A DNA stretch of 64,000 bases from NCBI GenBank assembly GCA_002633005.1, contig NMRA01000191.1, positions 488,466 through 552,465 on the forward strand. Reading direction: 5' to 3'. Positions 49,210-61,290 of this stretch are shown piece after piece; position 1 is the first letter of the stretch, and each line of letters starts with the position of its first letter. Both the position numbers and the translations under genes were made by a program. The DNA is from Phoronis australis (lineage: Eukaryota; Animalia; Phoronida). Under the pieces are notes generated by a model. It searched no databases. It had not been told where the DNA came from and saw only the letters and a list, made by a program, of their open reading frames with translations.

Positions 49210-51184
49210 TTATGTTGAAATCTCGCAAATGGCGCCCATAATCTTGGAGGAGCATGGGTGTTTATACCACTTCACCCACCATTGGGTGTTGTAGAGGTAG
49301 GCGCAGTTGTTCTCAGGTACCACCACTGCAACAGCAAACGTTTAAATAAATAAAGTAAAATAGAAAAAAATGAATATAAAGTTTTCAGTAGTACCAGATT
49401 AACGACTTGGATTAAGTGCCAGCGGCATCTTTTGGCATCCAATTTTCTACACATTTCCAAATAAACCTTGAAATTAGGTTATTAGGATTGAGACTACTCT
49501 ACTACCGTAACTGTTTTAGTTATCACTACGATTATTATTTTTTTCGAAGAGGTTGAATGATCTGTTTTCAAAATGAAGCTATCACTGTCGTTTGATTGAT
49601 TTTGGTATCAAGCAGGCAAGGTGCACTTGTTGCACGTGCTCGCGCTGGACGAACACGATATACAGCATACATACTTCGGGGCAACATTTTATTCCAAGGT
49701 CGTACGACTGTCGTAGGTCAAGTGCAACATAAGATCTATTTATTTCTGTAATAATTCCCCGATGTATTCCAGTAATAACTCCTAAGCCAATCAGAATCCA
49801 GGAATAATTACTGTAATTAATATTTATTACAATAAATCAACCAATGAAATGGTAGAAATGATTACAATAATAAACATTTATTCCAATAATAAATATTTAT
49901 TACTGGAATAAATCAACCAAGTTAAAAATAATTACAGTAATAAATATTCATAACTGTAATAAAAATATATAACTGTAATTAATCAACCAATCAGAAAAGT
50001 ACTAATTCAGCCAATGAGAAAGTCTACACATGCCTGCTTTCCAGAAACATGAAGCGTCTCACGTATGATAAAGAATTGGTTCTTTCAAATGCCTGGCATC
50101 TGATTGATTGGTTTATTCCAGTAGCATGTAGTTATTATTGAAATAAATATTAATTACAGTAACAAATATTAATTAAAGTAATTATTCCTAGCTTCTGATT
50201 GGCTAAATAACTATTACTGGAATAAATAGACTCAGAACCATTACTGTAATAAATAGGTCTTATGTAGCACCTGGCCCACGATATACTCCTGGTCTTATGT
50301 CACACATGAAACAGCAGCACTGAAACAAGTGGGGGCTATAGCCCTCCCCTCCCAGCTACCCCTTCCATGACACTAGGCGTTACTCGGTCGATCCCGCAGA
50401 TTGCCAAATTCTTTCTTCATGTCTAGCATGATGAGGCGATTCGTTTAGCGGACCAGTTGGTGATTTTTGTCGCCGACAACCGGCCGGCGTTCTCGATAAT
50501 GGCCCGATTGAGTGTCGATACGAACACCTTTCTTTCCACTTACTGTTCGCTGAACCTATGTGCCTGAGACTATAGCGGAGACGATCGTTTTTTTGAGTTT
50601 TAAATTGAAGTGTACGTTCACTTTAATGTGAATTACGATAACGTTTACTTCACCCGCATAAAATATATAGCGTTGCCTTTCAAGAACGTGCTTCAATAAC
50701 CGCCTTCTTTGGTACCGCACTTGCGACTTTTAATAAAACGGGCCCCAGTATGTAAATCATAGTGAAAATGTTCCAGTATTTTTTAATTTTGATTTTATTA
50801 GAAAATTAATTTACTTAATAACATGTTACCGTAGTCAGGCCAGAAATTTGTGTAAGTCATCCTTTTGCCAGTGTCGTCCCAAATCCACTGGTCGTCGTTT
50901 ACCAATCGTCCACCGATCCAGTAATAACTCTGTGGCTGTATATCCGGTTTTAAAAAAGGTTTCAGTGCGTTCATTTCTGCCTCGGTTTCTATCGATGCAA
51001 GGTGAGCCTTGTCTTCCTCACATTTTGCTTTGGCCTCAGCCCACGTGCTAAGCCCAGCGTACACAAGATGAAACTTATAACAACCAAACGAGTTCTCAAC
51101 GAAACCTGCTGGACAGCGGACACTAGCTGCTCGCGCACAACTAAGGACTATGCCGCAAAACACGAGCGTGATTGAGCTTCGCAT
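49210..51184 (-). CDS. Secreted single-domain C-type lectin-like protein, 156 aa, 2 exons
   Basis: Exons 51184-50830 and 49325-49210 (phase 1). Signal peptide followed by CPAGF...CYKF, WAEAKAKC...AHLASIETEAE, YWIGG, WIW...YTNFW, then ENNCAYL...WYKHPCSSKIMGAICEIST. All six long-form CTLD cysteines are present. Confidence 0.92.
49710..50282. mobile_element. AT-rich foldback element with ~120-bp inverted ends in the lectin intron
   Basis: Left GTAGGTCAAGTGCAACATAAGATCTATTTATT...GCCAATCAGAA; right reverse complement GTGGGCCAGGTGCTACATAAGACCTATTTATT...GCCAATCAGAA. Internal repeats contain several CCAAT motifs. Confidence 0.75.
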
Positions 51185-51218
51185 GTTGCCTAAATTGCAA
51201 ACTGGTCGTTTCAGGCTA

Positions 51219-51229
51219 CTTTTTTATAT
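51219..51229 (-). promoter_or_regulatory. TATA box of the lectin gene
   Basis: Minus strand GATATAAAAAAAG about 40 nt upstream of the ATG. Confidence 0.5.
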
Positions 51230-52456
51230 CAACCGCTGTCACTAAAACAAACCGTTGACATGCCGTCGCACTTCTTGAGTGGTCAAAAACTGCTCGGGGG
51301 TGGTGTCACGGAAATTAAATTTATTCACGCTTCCTAGATTGTATCAATGGATGGGGTAAAACATCTGAAGTTTACGTGAGTAAGATGCGTTATAATTTTC
51401 GATTTCGGGAGTGGTTTCTGTTGCTTGTTATTTTTCAGACGACGTATTCAATGTCAGCTAGTGTCATAGACTAGTCAGTGCTATCCTGCCTCCCGTTCAG
51501 TAACGCTAGGACCTCGTTAAAAAGCAAGACTTCGCGAGATTACGTGAGATATTGCCGTGCATTTTTAATGAGAACACGTGACTTTGACAAGGTTTTATGT
51601 AGGTCCTAGCGTAGGTCCTTGCGTCTACTGAACGCACGCCTGGCTCCCAATGCTCACCCTCTGACGTCACGGTCCCCCAGCATGATCGCGGATTAGCCAT
51701 GAAGCTCTCGCTGGCTTCGTGTCCGCTAGGGGGTAGAGAACACGCAGATATCATTCAGTACCACGCGTTTTGTTACTGATTGATGTAACCTCGGCAGTCA
51801 AGGGTTAGCTTTACAAGAAAGAAAGAAAATGGCGGACTTCAAACGAATTTTATCCTTGTCATGCAAGTGGCGTGACAGCAAATATTTTGTTTCTGCAATA
51901 ATGTTTAATAGTCGCGTGCTTCAACGGCACATACAATGCGCGCACACACATGTGGCCGATTTAACTGGTGTGTTATTCGTGCTGTGTGAATACAGCTTGA
52001 TAGTAACGTAAACAAAAGTCACTGAACGACAGTAGAAAATTGCACTTCGAAAAGGTACAACCACAACTTTCGGCCGATACACATTTCTTGAACATGATTA
52101 AACATCGCTTTGTCTGTACAACAGACCACTGAGAGGGTCAGTGCATGAGACAGTCAGTGCAACATTGGGCTGCACGTTGCGTAAACGCAAGAAACTCACT
52201 CGCGAGAACCTTACGTGATCTTTGGCAAAGATCACGTAAGCCAAGGATCACATTTTTGGAGCGTCTGAAAACCACCCCTTCGTTGAGAGTTTTCACATAG
52301 AACAACCATTTTGTTAAAAATGTCTATTTGTTGAACTCAAAGTTGAATAACGAACCCTTGTGGTCGTAATATGCCTCGATATATATAGAGCTGGAGAGGA
52401 AAAGTATTCGTCAGTTGTAAAGTGAAGAGCAGTTTCATGAGGAATTGAGTTGAGAA

Positions 52457-52616
52457 CAGTGGCGGTTTAAGAGGTGGCCAAGGGGGCCTTGGCCCCCTCT
52501 AAAACTCTCCCAGATTCCATTTGGCAATTGGGGGGTGCGAATGTCTGAAGAAGAACAAAATCCTGGCTAATACTCTGCCCTGTCCCACCTAATTTAAAAT
52601 CCTGGATCCGCCCCTG
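52457..52616. mobile_element. MITE, CAG(G/T)GGCGGAT family, 5-bp TSD
   Basis: Ends CAGTGGCGG / GGATCCGCCCCTG; GAGAA on both flanks. Confidence 0.82.
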
Positions 52617-53040
52617 GAGAAAGAAATCCTATTGCATGGTCTGGCCTTGAGCCACCTGGATAGCTCAGCGTATCGTATAGACGCCTGTGAGTACCCCCTG
52701 GGTAAGCTCGAGTAAAGTTGATCTAAATTGCGTCTACGACATTTCAGGAGAAGTGTTTAATCCAGCAGGGTGGAGAGGCCAATCAGAGGTGCGGGAACGT
52801 TTTCTCTCCCCGGTCGCCCCCGATTTTCTGATTCCTGAGCCCCGGTCATTACCAATTCCATACACCTTCATGGGTGGCCATCAGTCCCAGCTGGCTACCA
52901 ATTTCACTCCCGCCTTATGTTTGATTTAATTTTTCGTGTATTTCGTTTTCGATTGGATTATTCCCTGAGCTGCCAAAAATTTTCCTTGTTATGCCTAAAT
53001 TTCCTATATTTTCCCTAGTGGAGGACAATTGTACCCCCTC

Positions 53041-53282
53041 CCTGGATGCCAATCTATAATGCCCATGTGTAAAATACCTTCAGTTTGTTTGATAAACGCC
53101 TGATTAAATACTGTCTTTTATTTTAACAAGTATTTCTTGAGACTCCTTATCACCTGAACCCCTGCCTGGATGCCAATCTATAATGCCCATGTGTAAAATA
53201 CATTCAGTTTGTTTGATAAACACCTGATTAAATACTGTCTTTTATTTTAACAAGTATTTCTTGAGACTCCTTATCACCTGAA
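53041..53282. repeat. Direct tandem duplication, 124-bp period, two near-identical copies
   Basis: CCTGGATGCCAATCTATAATG...TTATCACCTGAA at 53041-53158 and 53165-53282. Confidence 0.92.
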
Positions 53283-54227
53283 AGCTCAGATTTGGGGTCA
53301 AAAATAGGGACGAATTCGTTCATCAGAATTATTTCAGATCTTCGGTCTACATATTGATAAATATAGATTATTACATGGCGAAGTCGTTATCCCCGTTATC
53401 TAGAGCTCGAGTGGATTTTGGAGAATTATCGCCCGAGAATTTTTGGACAGACATAGCAAAATGTTGCTTAGCTGGCCATAAGATTTGACATCCCCCAAAG
53501 TAAAAGTACCAAGGAGTCCTCCCCCTGCTTAATATAGCTTGGTGACATATAGGGCAGAGGATAAATCAGGCGAAAATATTAAGAAGGTAGAGTTGCTTAA
53601 CATACAATAAAACACCTCAGGGGATTTTTATACACTTTAAAATCTCATTTATTCATGTGCTGGAAATATGAATCACTCATTACCCATTCAAGTTTGAATA
53701 AGTACTACAGTTAACAGGGTGGTTGTGGTTACACGACTTTCCATGATATTTTCCCAGTTTAATTAAGTGAATCTTTTTCACGAATCCCGCCGATCGCGTT
53801 TGAACCTCGCAAAAAACTTTTTTGTGAATTTTTGTTCGCAGACTCCACATCGGGGGTACTACTGAGCTATCTGTAGGACATGATCCTGATCCCCCTGGCC
53901 GAACGTAGGAACTTCAAGATGTTTTTTCTTACGATTTCACACGAGTCCTTCTTCATATCAGAGGTGATATAACTCATTGTTGACATCACTCGTAATACTC
54001 TGGCGATTTCTAAAATAAATTTGTCAAAGTTCTGGCTCATGAATAAATTTCTTCTCACCGCCAAGCTTCGAATGACTAAACCATATACATCTTTATATTA
54101 TGTGATGCCTATGGGATAAACCGGGACGGGCTGCGCGCTATTGGCCAAGATGCGAAGTTATAATATGAAAGCGTCACCTGTCGATAGAAATGTAAGCTAA
54201 TTTCAATTTACTTCCGTCGCGTGCAAC

Positions 54228-57200
54228 ATGGTAAGCCTCTCCACCACAATCCACACGCTGGTACACCGTTTGAACCTAATTTAGTTTCTGGATTTAATGG
54301 TATTGATTAGCAGTTGTCTTAGGAAGAGACAGTGGTACAGTATTTTTATCAACTCTTCTCTATGCTAGCAAAAGAGTTTTGTTCCCCTCCCTCAAAAGAA
54401 GGTTGTGGCTGAAAGTGAAGTCTCTGAGCTGATGCCAGTGTCAGTCAGTGATGGGTCTGGATTGATTTCCGACAAGTTTTGTGAAAGTACGTTCAGTTCA
54501 GTTTGCTTTTGATGCATTGACCCGTCGGCGTTGGCATTTTGTGAATCCCTTAGCCTAAGGCCTTATTGTTCTTGGGTAATTTTTTACAATATGACGACAT
54601 TGACTTACACAAATGATTTTGGTATCATTCGATTCCTTGCAACGTTATCTTTCCAAAAATACACAGAAATTTTTCCTATCCCGTTCCCTTCATATTTTAT
54701 CGTGAAATTTCTGCGCGCACTATTTCCCGGTACACGATAGTAATACCGCCATGTTGAATGGAAGGAGTCACCTGGCGGTCAAAAAATGAACTAATCTACA
54801 GACTTCTGCAGATCGTCGCTTTTCATAAGGTCAAATTGACCGAGATCCTTCTATGCCCCGCCCGAGTTACGGTCCCAAGGGTTCGAATTCGATCCTATGG
54901 TAACCCTGGTACGCATTTGCTAAAGCACGAGTCTGCGAAAAAGCGGAAGTTGTTTGTGAAAATGGTATCACTTCAGACCATGTAAAAATGGTCAAATGGT
55001 GACAAGTATAAAAAAATTGAAAAAGGTGAAATGCTGCAACTTGTTCCTCCATATTATGTCAGGAAAACTTTAGCGGGAATCTCGCGCGGACAAAAAAATT
55101 CAGAATCGACGATGCTGTTTCATTCATTAACAACAGGTGTCGCATTAATCTTGAGTTGAGCTAACATGGCGGTGTCAACTGGGAAATAGTGCAAACCGAA
55201 GTTCGACTATAAAATTCGTAAGAAACGCGGTAGGGGACACATTCATATATTTTTGGAAAGATAACGTTGCAAGGAATCGAACGCTACCAAAATCATGTGT
55301 GTAGGTCAGTGTCATCATATTGTAAAAAATTACCTGTTCTTGAACTGATTTATATTTTCAACTCTTTTCTAGTTTAAGTTATGACGTTTTGTACCGGGTA
55401 GTACTGTGTTGGGTATTCACACTGGTCGGATATAGCAATACCTGGTTTAGAGAACCTGTTTCACCCACTAAATATCGGGCCCGTAATTCAGTGATTGTGT
55501 GGTTCTTGTGCCCAGGGTTGTGCCCTTTTTTCATCAGTTCAGTTTTACTAAAACCCATGCATTGCAGCACGGAAAGCATTTGTTTTGACTCATGTTTTGG
55601 GATACAAGTTTGTAAGCCTTCTTTTTATTCTTTGATGCATTGAGTTATATGTGATAATGCCATAGACCGATTGAGTTCACTGATTGCTTCAGTGTGAGTT
55701 TGAAGTTTGGAACTTCGGCTTAATTTTGGCTGTGTTGGTCTTTAAAACTTCAGTTGTAATTTTTTTGTTGAAATAATGCAGAAAATACTTGTAGCCTGTC
55801 AATTACTGCGATATCAGTGTACCTATTGTACCATCTTTCAAACTCGTATTAGTATTATGAGTGGCAAGTGAGGTGAGAACTATGCTTGCATGAAAATGTC
55901 TGAAAAATCTAGACTTTTTGGAATAACTATTCAAACAATGTTTAACCACAAGTGATTGGGTTATTCCTATTTGGAAGAAATTTGCACTTTTCATCTCAGC
56001 CCCTAACTTTAAGTTAAAACTTGGAGGCCTTGGGTTTTTCTATGATGCTGTGACTTTCTGATTCTCTTTTCAGCCAAAAGCCGCTAAGGCCAAGGTTGGC
56101 CAGAGCAGGAAGTTAGTTCATCCAAACAGCAGAAAGGCTAGTCAACTTGCCAAGAAACACCGACACGAAGAGGACAACAAAAAGTTTGGATTCTCTCAAA
56201 AGCTGAAATAATTATTATGAAAATTCCATTGAGTCTTTTTTATCAGCAAAACATTTGTGAGAAAAGTTTACTTCTCAACGTTTTGAGTTGAAGTGAAAGC
56301 ATTTCTGCAATTTTAGGCAGTGTTAGGTCACCTTTCTCCCAGAAAAAAAGTGAATAAAGCCATATTTTGCTGGTGGGACTCTGGAAGATAATGGACAGTT
56401 ATGTTTCCAAAAAAAGTCTTACCTCTTACTGAATTCCCAAAGTGATTTAAAAACTTGCAGTACTAAATGCAAATTCGCTCCAGACATGCCACTTTTGAAG
56501 AGTTGGGTTTTAGCATCGGAACATAAAATTGGGTTTTTAATACATGCATTTTGCACACGTAAAACTTGGAAATGCCAAGTTTAAAAAATTATATTTTGCC
56601 CTCTCGTTTTGATAGGAAATCAATTCAATGACGATGTCTACTTTTCTTGTTCATATCTATTCATTAGAATTACAATAGCCACTTTCTGAAATATATTCAA
56701 ATACCACAGTGCTACTTTGACTCTTCAGTGTTTACCCACACTGCTGTTGTAAGGAGGGCTCGTGTCGCATAATTGTACACAGCTCAGTGGCTGATTTAGA
56801 GGGGGGCCAAGAGGCCATGGCCCCCCCTAAAATTGTCCCCCCCAACTCAAAATCCTGAATCCGCCCCTGCAGCTGATGTACAAATATCAAATTCAGTTTG
56901 CCATACTTTAATTAAAATGCCAATCAAGTTGTACTGTTGTGTAGTGAGTTGATATTCCGACTGTCGAACAATTTAATGATGTGAGTGTGGTGCGATAAAT
57001 CATTCTTTACTTGTCTGACTCTGCTCAGTATGATGATAAAAAGTTAAGCATTTGTAGATTTTGACTAAGTTTTTGGTTAATTGTTTTTAGTGATATGTTT
57101 CATGCATACTGTATATTTTGCAGGAGAAGTCACGAAAAAATTACCAAGCTTGAGCTCCTTGGTAAGTCTGCCGACATGATGGTAAACACTGATATTTAAA

Positions 57201-60200
57201 TTAATAAGGCCTGTGCTTATTTCAGTCCTACATATTGTATGACTGTTATGTGTATTTCAATGATGTCTCTTGTGACATTTTGATTCTGCATTAGCCAGAA
57301 GAAACGATTCAAAGTCAAGTTCAGGCAATACAGCCCCCACACTCATGAACAAAGCCTCGCTCTGTTGAACACACATGTGGACATTTTACTGTGTTAGTTG
57401 CGCAATAGTGTATGCTCATCCCGGCAAGGACTCCAAATTGGGAGTCCAAATTTTCCCAGAAAAATGACGAGTGTTGGCGGTCCATCGGTACTGCAGCATC
57501 TGTGGTTCCATGTAGTGGTGTATCCGCCCTTGTAATAACATGGTACTGTGAAGTGGGAATAAAAGTGTCAGTGGTCAAACAAAGTCCATTCGTTTATTCA
57601 TTAAGTTTAAATGCATGTTTATACAGATGCGTTTGAAACGGTGTGTGGCCAATATTTTACTCAAAAAAAGAACGTGACATTGATACACAAAATGCCAATG
57701 TTGACTAAATCCCAAAACTCTAACACAGAGGTAAAAATTTTGGCAATGATGTCCTGTCTTCCTCGAAGCAGACAATCCAAATAAAGTGTCTTAGTAAGGC
57801 AAGTTGCATTTTTCTCATACATATTCCTGACAGTCAAGCGTATGTTTTCTCTCAGTCTCGGGTTTTACACAGCATTTGTAGTCAATACCCTCGTGATGTT
57901 AGTCTGAATTCGACATCAAAAGGTCGGTACATCCGAAACTCTGCATGACCAAAATTCTTGCAGAAATTACACAACATACCAGTCCATGACTTTGTCTACC
58001 ATCTTTAATATCTTATTTGGTAGTGTAAACAAACCAATTCAGGTGCTTTCCATTTACTTGGAGGGGAGAGCAAGTTGAAACCAATTTCTATAAAGATATT
58101 GAGTGGATTAGTAACTACATGTATACCATTTTCAGGATTGTCACAAGTCCATTCTTCATGTTAAAAACCATCTATTCTCAAGTCTTTAGCAAATTGTAAA
58201 AAATGCCAATGTCGGATGTTGTCGGCAAAAATTCGGAAATTTGATTGCAAGGTTCATTGTCATTGCATGGGTGTTTGTGTTTCGTTGACTTGCCGGGTTA
58301 TTACCGATGATCTGGACCTATAGCTGGATTATTTGTTATACCAGCGTCTGAGTCAAAGTCTGTATCTGGAACATCTCTCGGTTTATAAAGTGTTCCTTGA
58401 ACCTTTTAGGCCTTTGCACTGCAGTTGACATGACTAAGTATGTAGAATGTGCATGTCAACCATGACGGAAACCACAGATGACACTGGCTGTACAAAATCC
58501 TAGAAGGACCCTGAAACTGCAAATGCCGAGCACTACAGACTAGTGAAGAGTTGTGAATGGCATGCCAGTTTTTTAGAAGGTGTAACCATAAATATTGGAT
58601 CAGCCAAAGATGCCCTTATAAGGCCAATGAGATGAGTTCAAATTCGATTGGCCCCAAAATTAACCAATAGCATCCGTATAAGTGAGAAATGCACAAGCAT
58701 CAACCAATAAAAGTCGTCGGAAGGGTTACCATTCAAAGGTATGTTGGGCTGCCAGTGAGACTGATCAGTGATACGGGATGTTCAGAATATTGAAAAATGC
58801 GCTAAGAAAGCACTTTTTGTGCAGTAAATTTCTGATTTCTGAATCGACTGCTGACCTACTTATTTGATTGACAGCCGACCAGCCATAATGTTGAAAAAGT
58901 GATTGTCAATTCTAGCAACTGCTTTAAATTTTCCCCATCTGTTTTAATTCTTTCCGCCCTGTCAAATCCATCCAAAATCGATTTTGTGTAATTCAAGCAA
59001 CTGCCCGCACACGACACTATCTTGTACATTTCCATTTTGCAGTGTGTGCAATGGTGGATCTCATAGGGAATATTTGTGGCATCTAAAACCAAACTTAGTG
59101 CAAAGCTGAAAGTGCCCCAGAAAGTGGATGCAGTCTTGCTTTAAATGTTATCCGTGACCTTGATTTCAGGCAACAAGCTAAGCTGGTTCCATGACAACCT
59201 TGAGGGAGACAAAGATGAGTACACTAAGGAAGATGTAGCGGATTTCATTGAGAGGTTAGACATGTACTGTTGTTTTTCAATGACAGTAAGCTGTGGGCTG
59301 TCATTCACATATTAGACATGCACTGTTGTTTCTCAATGGCAATAGTGAGTTGAGGACTGTCATACTCATGTTAGACATGTTCTGCTGTTTGTCATTGACA
59401 ATATTTAGTTGAGAATGAGAACTGTCATACTCACGCTCCACACATACTGTTTGTCAATGAGAATATTGAGTTGAGAACTGTCATACTCATGTTAGACACT
59501 ACTGTTGTTTGTCAATGACAATAGTGAGTTGAGAATGAATACTGATGTCAGCTCCAAAGTTTTAAACTAGCTCATGAGGAGCTGACACCATCCATCACCT
59601 ATCTTTTAAACCATAGCATTAAAAATTCCAAGTTTCCTAGTTTGTGGAAACTTGCAAAAGTATCCTCTTTACACAAAGGCGGTGCTACTGACAATGTAAA
59701 CAATTACAGACCAATTTCAATTTTACCGGTCTTGTCTAAATTGTTGGAAAAGCATGTTCACAATACCTTTTATTCATTTTTGACAGAGCACGATTTAGTA
59801 GTTGCATCTCAGTCCGGTTTCAGAAGTGACCACTCCTGTGAAACTTCCCTCATTAATATTGTTAACAGCTGGGCTCAGGGTGTAGATAGTGGTCACAACG
59901 TTGGTGTAAAAAGCTTTTGATCTCGTTGATCACAATATACTTCTAAGCAAATTGTTAATTTACAAGGTGGGCAAGGTCTCCCTAAACTGGTTTAAATCAT
60001 ATCTCTCAGAAAGGTGCCAGGTTGTATCCCTTGGTGGACATCTGTCTGAGTCCCGAGGTATCACACACGGTGTTTCCCAGGGATCCATCCTGGGACCTCT
60101 GCTGTTTTTACTTTTTATAAATGATCTTTCTTTAGTCTGCGAAAACACGGTTGACATGTATGCAGATGATACCACGTTGTCTGTTGTGGCAAACGTGCTG

Positions 60201-61238
60201 ATTGCTGTAAAGGACAGACTCCAGTCTGATCTGGATAAGGTTGCTACCTGGTGTACTGATAATAAAATAGTAATTAAGGCTGAAAAAACAAAATGTACGA
60301 GTATTGCCACAGAGCAACGTCATAGTAGAAGTAATCTTGAGCTTAACCTTGATATTTCCAATGTACGCCTCAAATATGTTGACAGTGATAAGTTATTTGG
60401 TGTTACTGTAGACAAGACCCTCAGCTGGTCTAGCCATATAAATGGGACTGTGTCCAAAATTAGGCAGCGCCTTGGTCTTCTCCAGCGTATATCACCATTT
60501 CTTCCCACAGAAGGGCGTCTGCAATATTTCAGGGCTTGTGTATTCCCTCTGTTCGTTTATTGTAGTATGGTGTGGTCAGGATGCAATGCAAAATTAGTTT
60601 CCTCTTTATTGAAGGCTCAAAAGCAGGCAGCCAGACTTGTTCTAGGTGTGCCTTTTGACACTTCGTCAACTCATATGTTTAATAGACTGGGGTGGCTCCC
60701 TATTGACAAATATTTCATATATAGGCGTCTGTGTATGATGCATAGGTGCTTTCACGGTAATGTACCGACTTATCTATCTCATAATCTCGTACTTGTTCTA
60801 AATAGCCACCAGATCAGGACAAGATTTTCTGCCTCAAACAATTTGGTTTTGCCCAGACACAGAACATCGTTTTATTCTAAGTCCTTCTTTATTCAGACCA
60901 TCAAACAGTGGAACAATTTGCCTAATAATCTTAAGGATGCTGATTGTTATGATAATTTCAGACACCACCTCATCAGTTACCTGTGGTCGTCATAGATGTC
61001 CCTCCTTGTCTTTCTATTTACCAAAAATTTTTGTTTATTTATTTATCTTTAATTCAATTTGTTTATCCAATTTGTAAATACTATTTTATTTAATGTATCT
61101 TATTGTATCTTAATTTAATCTGTTTATCTAACTTAATTTAATTAATTAAATTTCCTGCTGCAGAGGACCATGCTGGATATTAGCCTTTGGCTAAAGCATG
61201 CTTTACATTTATTGTATTTTTATCCTCTTTAAATAAAG

Positions 61239-61290
<52 letters not shown>

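Noticed and set aside
54962-54964. ATG as the main TMA16 start exon
   Set aside because: It is inside a transposon with a weak donor; 54228-54230 has a stronger GTAAGC donor and promoter context.
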